In this document: positions 8,608-15,720 of the stretch, one piece after another
Position numbering within the stretch: position 1 is the first letter of the stretch
Layout of the letters: every line of letters starts with the position of its first letter
IMG/VR virus record: IMGVR_UViG_3300030376_005041
Span: 1-35,976 of that record
Direction: 5' to 3' (one strand)
DNA length: 35,976 nt
Source of the DNA: a virus
Taxonomy: Duplodnaviria; Caudoviricetes
Position numbers and translations under genes: made by a program
Notes under the pieces: generated by a model
Told to the model about the DNA's origin: nothing
Databases searched by the model: none
Seen by the model: only the letters and a program-made list of their open reading frames with translations

Positions 8608-8635
8608 CTTTCGCACAATAGCTATTATATTTCGT
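8608..8635 (+). other. dif-like (XerC/XerD) 28-bp site
   Basis: CTTTCGCACAA-TAGCTA-TTATATTTCGT has an 11-6-11 layout resembling the TTCGCATAA-N6-TTATGTT core. Confidence 0.4.
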
Positions 8636-8643
8636 TGAGCAAA

Positions 8644-9048
8644 TCACTGTACATCAATGACATGCGCCTCTTTTGCGCTTGTTTCGGGCACATTACACAG
8701 CGCTATGACAAGTTGTGGAGCGATCGTATTCCGCTTATTTGCGGATTCTGTCGTTTGCGCGTCTTTATTCCATGACGAGCGCCGTCTTTCGAGTAGATCC
8801 ACGGCAAGCTTGGGCTGTTTAGCGATTCCGTCCGTAGCAGCTTCAATCATGCGAAGTTCCCAAGAGCTTTCAATTTGCTCCAATTTCGCCCCGAAAGTAG
8901 CATCTTTCTTTTCCCACCGTGAAAGCGTCTCACGTCCGATTCCAGCGTATTTACTAGCAGAATCGCGACTCATGCCGTTGCCAAGCGCTCTAAATATCTT
9001 CTCTTCAATCTCTTCAGTCCGTTTCGTCGGACGTCCAGTTTTCGCCAT
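8644..9048 (-). CDS. terS: Terminase small subunit
   Basis: N-terminal GRPTK plus an HTH (GMSRDSASKYAGIGRETLSRW); C-terminal VIDV; upstream of terL. Confidence 0.85.
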   Translation of the reverse strand: MAKTGRPTKRTEEIEEKIFRALGNGMSRDSASKYAGIGRETLSRWEKKDATFGAKLEQIESSWELRMIEAATDGIAKQPKLAVDLLERRRSSWNKDAQTTESANKRNTIAPQLVIALCNVPETSAKEAHVIDVQ

Positions 9049-9055
9049 GACAGCT

Positions 9056-9083
9056 ACTTTATATTAAAATTAAGTAAGACCAA
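9056..9083 (-). promoter_or_regulatory. Possible sigma70-like leaderless promoter for terS
   Basis: TTGGTC-N16-TAAAGT-N7-ATG on the minus strand. Confidence 0.3.
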
Positions 9084-9102
9084 GCCACTTTCCCCCGTAA
9101 TA
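9074..9102 (+). promoter_or_regulatory. ECF-like early promoter motif, copy 1
   Basis: GTAAG-N17-CGTAATA, intergenic, at the head of the plus-strand block. Confidence 0.55.
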
Positions 9103-9183
9103 GAAAACGCCGCTTGGCATTAATCAAATGAAAATAATTAAATCAATATTTCAAGGGATTGCTGTAATATTATATATTATCGC

Positions 9184-9582
9184 ATGTCTGTCATTACTAG
9201 CATTATGAAAGAAACAATAACATTACAGACGTTTATACGTGGTTTTGAAGAACTAAGACCAAATAACTTTAGTTATCAGGGATTGGAAATATTATTTAAT
9301 CACCTCGAATCTATGGAAAGCGACGAAAACGAAATAGAATACGACGTAATAGCTTTTTGCTGTGACTATTCGGAAATGTCTATTGCTGAAATTATGGATC
9401 AATACGACATTCAAATACCTGTCGACATAATGCTCTCAACAGACGAGACGACATGCAAATACTCAGAATCTGATTTAGACGATACTGAAAAGCTTGAATA
9501 CATCTTCGAGCATTTAGAAGAGAACGGAAACGGTTATTGTGGCGTAACGAGCGAAAACACTATTATTTTCCAGTGCTATTGA
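9184..9582 (+). CDS. Acidic early phage protein (start may be ATG 9205)
   Basis: FSYQGLEILFNHLE...EYDVIAFCCDYSE pattern familiar from phage early proteins. Strongly Asp/Glu-rich. Confidence 0.75.
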   Translation: MSVITSIMKETITLQTFIRGFEELRPNNFSYQGLEILFNHLESMESDENEIEYDVIAFCCDYSEMSIAEIMDQYDIQIPVDIMLSTDETTCKYSESDLDDTEKLEYIFEHLEENGNGYCGVTSENTIIFQCY

Positions 9583-9586
9583 TAGC

Positions 9587-9625
9587 ACGCGTTCAACGTC
9601 CTACGGGGCGTTGACTGCGTTTTAT
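9587..9625 (+). terminator. Hairpin with cUACGg tetraloop (terminator or processing site)
   Basis: TCAACGTCC-TACG-GGGCGTTGA extended by ACGC/GCGT, followed by TTTATT. Confidence 0.65.
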
Positions 9626-9626
9626 T

Positions 9627-9655
9627 GTAAGAAACGTTTCTACCAAACGTAATAA
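9627..9655 (+). promoter_or_regulatory. ECF-like early promoter motif, copy 2
   Basis: GTAAG-N16-CGTAATAA directly after the hairpin and 8 nt before ATG 9664. Confidence 0.6.
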
Positions 9656-9663
9656 AACAAACC

Positions 9664-9966
9664 ATGAAAACTTATAATTACAAACTCGGATCTAATCGCG
9701 GTATTCGCAATCGTGTTTGGATAGAAGGCAAGAGACTAAGCGCAAACGGTTTTAACCGTGGCACTAGATACCGCAAAATTACCAGTGAAAACAAAATAAT
9801 ACTAGTGATTGATTCTAATGGTTCTTTAGGTGTCGCGGGTACAGACACTAGACCTATTATAGACATGTGCGGTCAAAATGTTGCCGAAATCTTTAACGGA
9901 CACGAGCGCGTCAATGCTACATTTGAACCAAAAAAAATAACAATTATCGGAGGTGAAAAAGCATGA
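9664..9966 (+). CDS. AbrB/SymE-like fold DNA-binding protein
   Basis: KLGSNRG..RVWIEGKRLSANGFNRGTRY...RPIID resembles swapped-hairpin SymE-like domains. Confidence 0.55.
   Translation: MKTYNYKLGSNRGIRNRVWIEGKRLSANGFNRGTRYRKITSENKIILVIDSNGSLGVAGTDTRPIIDMCGQNVAEIFNGHERVNATFEPKKITIIGGEKA
9756..9780 (+). repeat. 25-bp dispersed direct repeat, copy 1
   Basis: CCGTGGCACTAGATACCGCAAAATT; 24/25 identical to 11517-11541. Confidence 0.9.
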
Positions 9967-10817
9967 AGCGTAAAGATTTAATGAAAATTGCGCGTTTAGT
10001 TGCTTCTGATTCAGAAGATTTATTAAGAGCCATAAGAGAAATTGAAACAAAAGGAGATTCTACAAAGCGTGGAACTTGGTCTTATTACGCAAAAAACTTT
10101 GCAAAATGGCTGGAAAATAACGACGAGTCAATAACTCCATTTACTATTTTTGCCCGTGGAAATAGCAAATTGCCTTTTTACGCGTTCTCAGCGCTTCCAT
10201 TAGTAACATGCCCCGGCGCTGGCGCTTGTGGTAAATATTGTTACAGCTTGAAAGCGTGGCGATATCCAGCCGCATTTTTTCGGCAATGCCAAAACACTTT
10301 ATTAATAAAGCGACAATCACAAATTTTAAAACAAGCTTTTGCGGAATTACCACAAAATATAACTCTTAGACTATATGTAGATGGCGATATTGACAGCGTG
10401 CAAACTCTTTGTTTCTGGTTTGACAGATTAAGAGAACGACAAGACGTATTTGCCTACGGTTATTCTAAATCGTGGCCAACATTTTTAAAGTATCAAAAAG
10501 CGTTTGGAGATGCGGCTTTTCCAGAAAATTACAAACTCAATTTATCTAGTGGTAGCAGACACGATGAAGCACTGGCAAAGCAATTAGCGGGTTTGCCATG
10601 CTATCGTGGTCAATTTATTGCTGTTAACAGTATTAAAGCTGATAAGAACGGTTTAAACCGCACGGAGTATGCAAAATCTGTTAGAGACAGCGCCAAAACG
10701 CTTGGACATGGTCGAGTGTTCGTTTGCCCCGGCAAATGTGGAGAATGTACAAGCGCTGGCCATGCATGTGGATTAAATAAATTTAAGAACGTTACAATAG
10801 CAATTGGAATACATTAA
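9963..10817 (+). CDS. GP88-like (radical-SAM-related) Cys-rich protein
   Basis: GNSKLP...TCPGAGACGKYCY, LRLYVDGD, YGYSK and C-terminal CPGKCGEC..HACG. Strong SD (GGAGGTG). Confidence 0.75.
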   Translation: MKRKDLMKIARLVASDSEDLLRAIREIETKGDSTKRGTWSYYAKNFAKWLENNDESITPFTIFARGNSKLPFYAFSALPLVTCPGAGACGKYCYSLKAWRYPAAFFRQCQNTLLIKRQSQILKQAFAELPQNITLRLYVDGDIDSVQTLCFWFDRLRERQDVFAYGYSKSWPTFLKYQKAFGDAAFPENYKLNLSSGSRHDEALAKQLAGLPCYRGQFIAVNSIKADKNGLNRTEYAKSVRDSAKTLGHGRVFVCPGKCGECTSAGHACGLNKFKNVTIAIGIH

Positions 10818-10819
10818 TA

Positions 10820-11119
10820 ATGAAGACAAAAATTATACCTCAAATCCAATTTAAGATGGAAGGCAAATTGGATTTAATTCTAGACGACACCAAAAACTAC
10901 TCTGGAGAAGATTTGGCTAATTATTTAATTAATTACATTTTACAAGACGACAAAACGTCTAACGAATTATTTAAACCATTGGCTTATTTAATGGGAGTCA
11001 AAATGGATCAAATCGATTACATGGGAGTTGATGAAATACTCATTGAACTACCAAAACAATTGGAAGAACTTAAAAACACCAGGAAGAATATTCGTAAAAT
11101 ACTTGGTAAGAAAAACTAA
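10820..11119 (+). CDS. Hypothetical protein
   Basis: 99-aa ORF packed 2 nt after the previous stop. Confidence 0.65.
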   Translation: MKTKIIPQIQFKMEGKLDLILDDTKNYSGEDLANYLINYILQDDKTSNELFKPLAYLMGVKMDQIDYMGVDEILIELPKQLEELKNTRKNIRKILGKKN

Positions 11120-11134
11120 AACTAAACGTAATAA
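11106..11134 (+). promoter_or_regulatory. ECF-like early promoter motif, copy 3
   Basis: GTAAG-N16-CGTAATAA, 5 nt before ATG 11140. Shares GTAAGAAA-N10-AAACGTAATAA with copy 2. Confidence 0.6.
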
Positions 11135-11139
11135 CTATT

Positions 11140-11544
11140 ATGGAGATCAATTATATTGATTCAGAGAGACGGGTCGTTACAAAAGTAATGACAGTATTTG
11201 TTGTCGAGCAATACTTTTTTGATACTTGTGGGGATCTTGATCCCTATAATACAGAATATGTATTCGCTACAAAGAGCTTTGCGGAATCAAAACGCGTTCG
11301 CAATCGCATTCTTAAAGACGCTAAAACAAGCGGTGTCAGGACGCATAGATACAATTATTCGTTTGACGAGTACGGAAACAAGATCGGACACCAACTCTTG
11401 GAGAGTGATTGTGGTGATGATTATTTCTGTGAAGCGTTTGATCCTGAGTATCAAGAAACGTCCGGTAACAGTTATTTAGATCATTTGGGGAGTGATATTT
11501 GGAGTTTCACTGGAACCCGTGGCACTAGATACTGCAAAATTTAA
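11140..11544 (+). CDS. Hypothetical protein (acidic, Tyr/Asp-rich)
   Basis: 134-aa ORF in the collinear plus-strand block. Confidence 0.65.
   Translation: MEINYIDSERRVVTKVMTVFVVEQYFFDTCGDLDPYNTEYVFATKSFAESKRVRNRILKDAKTSGVRTHRYNYSFDEYGNKIGHQLLESDCGDDYFCEAFDPEYQETSGNSYLDHLGSDIWSFTGTRGTRYCKI
11517..11541 (+). repeat. 25-bp dispersed direct repeat, copy 2
   Basis: CCGTGGCACTAGATACTGCAAAATT. Confidence 0.9.
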
Positions 11545-11571
11545 TGTAGTTTTTCACGAAAACGAAACTTT

Positions 11572-11814
11572 ATGAATAAAAACGCAAAAATCAAAACAAA
11601 CATTTCGGACGCAGAGTTAGCTCTTTGCGCTCCGGAATTGTTAGAGTCTTTATGCGAGTTAATTGCAGTTTTACATCACGTTTATGACGTGTTTGAAGAG
11701 CTTCGACTTACCAGTGATAATAATTTTAAAAACCCATTAGCTAACAAAAAGATTCAAGCTATAGCAGATAGAGCTAACGACATTTTAAGAAAATCAACCG
11801 GACATGATGACTGA
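11572..11814 (+). CDS. Hypothetical phage protein with an 'APELLE' motif
   Basis: DAELALCAPELLESL resembles the common phage A.LIAAAPELLEAL motif. Confidence 0.7.
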   Translation: MNKNAKIKTNISDAELALCAPELLESLCELIAVLHHVYDVFEELRLTSDNNFKNPLANKKIQAIADRANDILRKSTGHDD

Positions 11815-12199
11815 ATTAGAATCATTAACGAATGCGTTAAAAGCGATAAGCACTATCGTTAAATATAAAGAGAGAGTTGAGTCTAGTGATTATCTAGACT
11901 GCTTTCTTTATGAAGATATGTTTCCAAATGACAGATATTGTCACGACAGTCTTGGTCATTTGCATGAGACTATTGATCAATTTTATGGAAAAGCTGATAT
12001 ATCTGAATGGCAAGACACTGCTGGTCATTCAGTATTTGTCAGGTGCGGGGATTATCATTGTGTTGAGTTTTATGATAGTGATCTCACTTTGAGTGTTTAT
12101 AGATTGAATGACAAAAACCAGGATATATGCGAATCAATTAGCTACACACTTTATAGTAACGACAAAACCAAATTGCCAATAATAGTTGTTAAGTTATGA
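11804..12199 (+). CDS. Hypothetical protein
   Basis: 131 aa, overlapping and translationally coupled to its neighbours. Confidence 0.65.
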   Translation: MMTELESLTNALKAISTIVKYKERVESSDYLDCFLYEDMFPNDRYCHDSLGHLHETIDQFYGKADISEWQDTAGHSVFVRCGDYHCVEFYDSDLTLSVYRLNDKNQDICESISYTLYSNDKTKLPIIVVKL

Positions 12200-12471
12200 A
12201 ACTGAAAAACAAAACAAAAAAACATAGAGAAATGGACGTTTCTGAGTTGAAACGTGTTATTAACATTCAACAAAAACACATCAAATCAATGCTGGATAAC
12301 GCGCATGAAACGTTTGATATCAGTCTCCAAGAATTGAATAAATTGGATGACAGTTATTACGACGTAAAATATGCAATGTTAAGAATTGAGCAAGACAAGA
12401 TTAATTGCATTGAAAATACATACGTAGCTAACACAACTAACGAACAAAAATATAATGAGCAAACAAACTAA
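12196..12471 (+). CDS. Hypothetical protein
   Basis: ATGA overlap with the upstream gene; helical. Confidence 0.6.
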   Translation: MKLKNKTKKHREMDVSELKRVINIQQKHIKSMLDNAHETFDISLQELNKLDDSYYDVKYAMLRIEQDKINCIENTYVANTTNEQKYNEQTN

Positions 12472-12700
12472 AACGATATCAGCTACACAAGCAATAGCTG
12501 ATAGAGCTAAACTTGTTGGGTTAACCGAATTGTCTAGTGATTTGTGCAAGCACATCAAATGGTTAAGAGAGCAATCGAGTGAGTCATTGTATAGCGGAGC
12601 AGGGGTTTGCGATTCTTGGTGGCTATCTGACATTGATGAACTTTTTAGTAAGGGGAATAAACTACAAGAAAAATTAGAATCAAATGAAATTACAAACTAA
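12455..12700 (+). CDS. Hypothetical protein
   Basis: 81 aa, short overlaps on both sides. Confidence 0.6.
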   Translation: MSKQTKTISATQAIADRAKLVGLTELSSDLCKHIKWLREQSSESLYSGAGVCDSWWLSDIDELFSKGNKLQEKLESNEITN

Positions 12701-12914
12701 CGAATTATCAGAATTAAATGTGAACAATGTTATGAAAGGTGCAAGTAACATTGATTTATTGGACGATGAAGCTCTTTATGTTCATGTTGGTGGTTACGTC
12801 ATATACATTGATAATTCAACTGGTGAAATGATTGTGACAATGTTTAAAGACGGTGAAACTACAAACAATGACATAAAAGTTTTAAACATTTTTAGGAAAT
12901 ATGATGACAACTAA
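12684..12914 (+). CDS. Hypothetical protein
   Basis: 76 aa with a LYVHVGGYVIYIDNSTGE beta-hairpin pattern. Confidence 0.65.
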   Translation: MKLQTNELSELNVNNVMKGASNIDLLDDEALYVHVGGYVIYIDNSTGEMIVTMFKDGETTNNDIKVLNIFRKYDDN

Positions 12915-13116
12915 ACAAATACAAAAACAAATAGTAACATATCGCCAGTGGCTCTGTGATAACGGGTTAACTGGCAATTTGAAAGCGAAACACGTTAACA
13001 AGTTTATTAAATTAGCGACTTGGAAAAGCGACGAGCAATTGGCTAAGTTTAAAGCCAAGCCACGATGGAATCAGCATTGGATAATTCGTAATTGCAGGGA
13101 GTTTGTACAGCTATGA
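12901..13116 (+). CDS. Hypothetical basic protein
   Basis: 71 aa, coupled to the next gene by an ATGA overlap at 13113. Confidence 0.55.
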   Translation: MMTTKQIQKQIVTYRQWLCDNGLTGNLKAKHVNKFIKLATWKSDEQLAKFKAKPRWNQHWIIRNCREFVQL

Positions 13117-13490
13117 AAAAATTAATAATAACAATAGCATTAAGCTGTGTCGTGTTTGGATGGGTAGTATCTAGACCATATGCCGACAAACCTAATAATA
13201 CCAGGAAAGTTATAGCAAGCTGGTATGGGGATGAGTGCGCGGGAAAACCCACGGCATCTGGAGAGATCTATGATCCGAACCAACTTACCGCAGCGATGTG
13301 GGACGTTCCATTCGATACACTTGTCCGCGTCCAACTTGGCGCGGCTACCAATACAGTAACTGTGAGAATTAACGATCGCGGCCCAGCAAAACGCTTGAAA
13401 CGAGGGATTGATTTGTCACGTAAATCTTTTTCGCAGATCGCAGATCTGGATGCGGGTTTGATCACAGTTGAATTAACAGTCTTAAAGTGA
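13113..13490 (+). CDS. rlpA: RlpA-like double-psi beta-barrel lytic transglycosylase with signal sequence
   Basis: ASWYG, TASGEIYDPNQLTAA, VRINDRGP and IDLSRKSF motifs. N-terminal MKKLIITIALSCVVFGW. Confidence 0.9.
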   Translation: MKKLIITIALSCVVFGWVVSRPYADKPNNTRKVIASWYGDECAGKPTASGEIYDPNQLTAAMWDVPFDTLVRVQLGAATNTVTVRINDRGPAKRLKRGIDLSRKSFSQIADLDAGLITVELTVLK

Positions 13491-13729
13491 CCGACACTAT
13501 GCACGTAGTCCACACCATTCACGGTTCAAGCGCAACTGCTTGGATATTACATGAAGATCCTGACTTGGTTAGATCTGACGAATTGAACCACCATACGTTT
13601 GATACCAAAATGGAAGCAGACGCTTTTCGGTCTGGGATAGAGCTATCATACGAATATTTCCAGCAATACGGAAATTGCAGTCACCCCATGTTCGTGCTTG
13701 ACGAAGATGAGAATATTAAATTAGATTAA
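13487..13729 (+). CDS. Hypothetical protein
   Basis: 80 aa, GTGA overlap; TFDTKMEADAFRSGI motif. Confidence 0.65.
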   Translation: MTDTMHVVHTIHGSSATAWILHEDPDLVRSDELNHHTFDTKMEADAFRSGIELSYEYFQQYGNCSHPMFVLDEDENIKLD

Positions 13730-13735
13730 TGTTTT

Positions 13736-13757
13736 GCGGCGCAATGCTGCTTTTTTT
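13736..13757 (+). terminator. Short intrinsic terminator
   Basis: GCGGCG-CAA-TGCTGC followed by T7. Confidence 0.5.
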
Positions 13758-13792
13758 CTTCAAACATGGTTTTGTTTGGTTATAACAGAACA

Positions 13793-13829
13793 GACTCCAG
13801 TTGTTGGTAGCGGCTGGGGTCTTTTTTTT
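13793..13829 (+). terminator. Intrinsic terminator closing the early block
   Basis: GACTCCAGTTGT...GCGGCTGGGGTC stem followed by T8. Confidence 0.8.
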
Positions 13830-13836
13830 ACCCAGT

Positions 13837-13864
13837 TTGCGTTACCGTGTTGATAATCTACAAT
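13837..13864 (+). promoter_or_regulatory. sigma70-like leaderless promoter
   Basis: TTGCGT-N16-TACAAT-N7-ATG(13872), directly after the terminator. Confidence 0.45.
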
Positions 13865-13871
13865 ATACCAG

Positions 13872-14192
13872 ATGGGAGCGGATTATCCAAAGAACGTTAA
13901 AATCTTTAATTTAGATTACGAGATAATCTGGGTCGATAAAGCGATCGAGACAGCGACTGACGCTCACGGTTCATGCGATACTTGCACTCAGACTATTGTT
14001 ATCTGTCGTGAACAAAAACCAGGAGCGCTCACTGACACTGTGATGCATGAAATAATGCATGCGATATTTTACAGTATGAATATGTCCGGCAACGAGAGTG
14101 AAGAGAAAGTTGTAAGCTTGTTAAGTACCGGAATGTGTACAGTGCTGAGAGACAATCCCAAATTAAAAAAATGGATCGTAAAAAATCTCTAA
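13872..14192 (+). CDS. Small zincin-like metallopeptidase (HExxH)
   Basis: DTVMHEIMHAIF plus a downstream EEKVV third-ligand motif. Confidence 0.8.
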   Translation: MGADYPKNVKIFNLDYEIIWVDKAIETATDAHGSCDTCTQTIVICREQKPGALTDTVMHEIMHAIFYSMNMSGNESEEKVVSLLSTGMCTVLRDNPKLKKWIVKNL

Positions 14193-14395
14193 CCCCAAGC
14201 AACGAAATGTTGTTCGATCGTATGGCTGTTGAAGCGAGTAGGGCGGTGGTGTATCGCGATACAGTGCTTGAAGTTGATGCGTTGTTGAAAGATTTACTGG
14301 ATCTAAACGCAACTTATTATTCATCCCAGACTCTTGAGATTATTCGTCAACGTATCCGCGCTCAACTCGGTGACGCTGGTCTTATTATAGAATAA
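14171..14395 (+). CDS. Hypothetical protein (start uncertain: 14135 or 14171)
   Basis: Helical ORF overlapping the methyltransferase 3' end convergently. Confidence 0.45.
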   Translation: MDRKKSLTPSNEMLFDRMAVEASRAVVYRDTVLEVDALLKDLLDLNATYYSSQTLEIIRQRIRAQLGDAGLIIE

Positions 14396-15106
14396 ATTTT
14401 TTAAAATTTGAACAACAAGCGGCACGCAAACAGCGTTTCCAAGAGATCTTAATTTATCTACACGTTTGTCCACCCGTTTGGAAACCCCATCAACCATTCG
14501 CAAAATTTCGGGATCAAGTTTTGGCCAAACCGATTCTTGAAAACTCTTCCCAGCAAACCATTCTCCGGCACGTTTTTCAAATTCCCCGTGTCTTTCCAGT
14601 CTCTCGCTGTTGGGGTTGGCCACGATCCAGACTCTGTCCCGCTGGTGTGGAGCGCCAACGTGGGAAGCTGGTATGCAATGCCATTCCGCATCATACCCGA
14701 TCTCGGCCAAGTCTCGCAAAATACGTCCGAACCAAGCTCCATTGTCTCCGTTAAGCAGCATTGGGACGTTTTCCATGAGCGCGATTCTTGGTCTAGCTTC
14801 GCCAATAACTCGAACCAATTCGCTCCATAAACCCGTGCGTTCTCCATCCACTCCATTTCTTTCTCGTCTTGTTTGAGCAATCGATGCGTCTTGGCATGGG
14901 AACCCAGCGGTAAGAAGAGTTGGTCGTCTCCATTCTCGTCCGTTAAATTGTTTAACATCATCTATTATCGGAATAGTTGGCCAATGTTTTTTTAGAACAG
15001 TCTTGCAGAACGGGTCGCTTTCGCAAAAGCAAATAGTTTTCAGCCCGACTTCTCGACAAGCTAATGCGAACCCACCTATTCCACTGAAAAGATCTACGTG
15101 AGTCAT
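14321..15106 (-). CDS. DNA (cytosine-5) methyltransferase, alpha-like polypeptide
   Basis: Motif I DLFSGIGGF, IV GFPCQ, VI ENV, VIII QRDRVWIVA and X LGNAV. Motif IX is missing from this frame. Confidence 0.93.
   Translation of the reverse strand: MTHVDLFSGIGGFALACREVGLKTICFCESDPFCKTVLKKHWPTIPIIDDVKQFNGREWRRPTLLTAGFPCQDASIAQTRRERNGVDGERTGLWSELVRVIGEARPRIALMENVPMLLNGDNGAWFGRILRDLAEIGYDAEWHCIPASHVGAPHQRDRVWIVANPNSERLERHGEFEKRAGEWFAGKSFQESVWPKLDPEILRMVDGVSKRVDKRVDKLRSLGNAVCVPLVVQILKNLFYNKTSVTELSADTLTNNLKSLG
14458..14961 (-). CDS. Nested beta-like polypeptide of the C5-methyltransferase (TRD + motif IX)
   Basis: Alternative frame on the same strand encodes WPTPTARDWKD and LIPKFCEWLMGFPNGWT (motif IX-like). 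Confidence 0.75.
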   Translation of the reverse strand: MMLNNLTDENGDDQLFLPLGSHAKTHRLLKQDEKEMEWMENARVYGANWFELLAKLDQESRSWKTSQCCLTETMELGSDVFCETWPRSGMMRNGIAYQLPTLALHTSGTESGSWPTPTARDWKDTGNLKNVPENGLLGRVFKNRFGQNLIPKFCEWLMGFPNGWTNV

Positions 15107-15324
15107 TCATCAAAAAACCCCATCATGGACAACTCTTCAACGTACAGATAAAACCACATGTCCATAACCTCTTCTTGAGAAGCGCGAATGCGTTCAAGCG
15201 GTGTCATCTTTGCCATCCCCTTTCGCCCGTCTGGATTGTGTTCTTTAATTCCGGCGTTAAACTTTTTCAATGCACGCAGTTGAAACTGCTGCAACCCCTT
15301 GTCCCTAATTTGTTCGTCAGTCAT
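15103..15324 (-). CDS. Small MazG-like helical protein (putative nucleotide pyrophosphohydrolase)
   Basis: QEEVMDMWFYL resembles the EExxD metal-binding motif. Confidence 0.5.
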   Translation of the reverse strand: MTDEQIRDKGLQQFQLRALKKFNAGIKEHNPDGRKGMAKMTPLERIRASQEEVMDMWFYLYVEELSMMGFFDE

Positions 15325-15460
15325 TTAATTCTTCGTCTTCGTCGTAGTCTTCGTTCTCTTCAACATATCCATCACCGTTACAATCCGTGCATGTGTATTT
15401 TAATGATGAGTGTTTTTCTACGTTCAAGTATCCCCGCCCGTTACACCATTTACATTTCAT
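15317..15460 (-). CDS. DnaJ-type zinc-finger microprotein (47 aa, not in ORF track)
   Basis: MKCKWCNGRG...CTDCNGDG followed by an acidic tail; overlaps both neighbours by 4-8 nt. Confidence 0.75.
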   Translation of the reverse strand: MKCKWCNGRGYLNVEKHSSLKYTCTDCNGDGYVEENEDYDEDEELND

Positions 15461-15720
15461 TTGTATTTTTGATTAAATTTTATAGCTAACGCCCGTGCGC
15501 GTTTTGCTAGTTGCCTACTTAATTTAATGTCCAATCTCCTAACCCCGATACTTGCTGCTCTTAACTCTGATGCAGAAATGTTAGCTTCGTTAATCATTTT
15601 CCGGCCACGAATCAACCAGTATTTTAATCTAGCTTGAGATTCTAATCGGTACTCGCCATTCATTTGGCATGTTAGTTTTTGTATTAAATCAAATTCCATG
15701 CTTCGCAATACTGTGTCCAT
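15457..15720 (-). CDS. Hypothetical basic protein (start uncertain)
   Basis: 87-aa ORF filling the operon gap. Confidence 0.5.
   Translation of the reverse strand: MDTVLRSMEFDLIQKLTCQMNGEYRLESQARLKYWLIRGRKMINEANISASELRAASIGVRRLDIKLSRQLAKRARALAIKFNQKYK

Noticed and set aside
9345-9352. CGTAATAG -10-like element inside the first early gene
   Set aside because: No GTAAG at 16-17 bp upstream.
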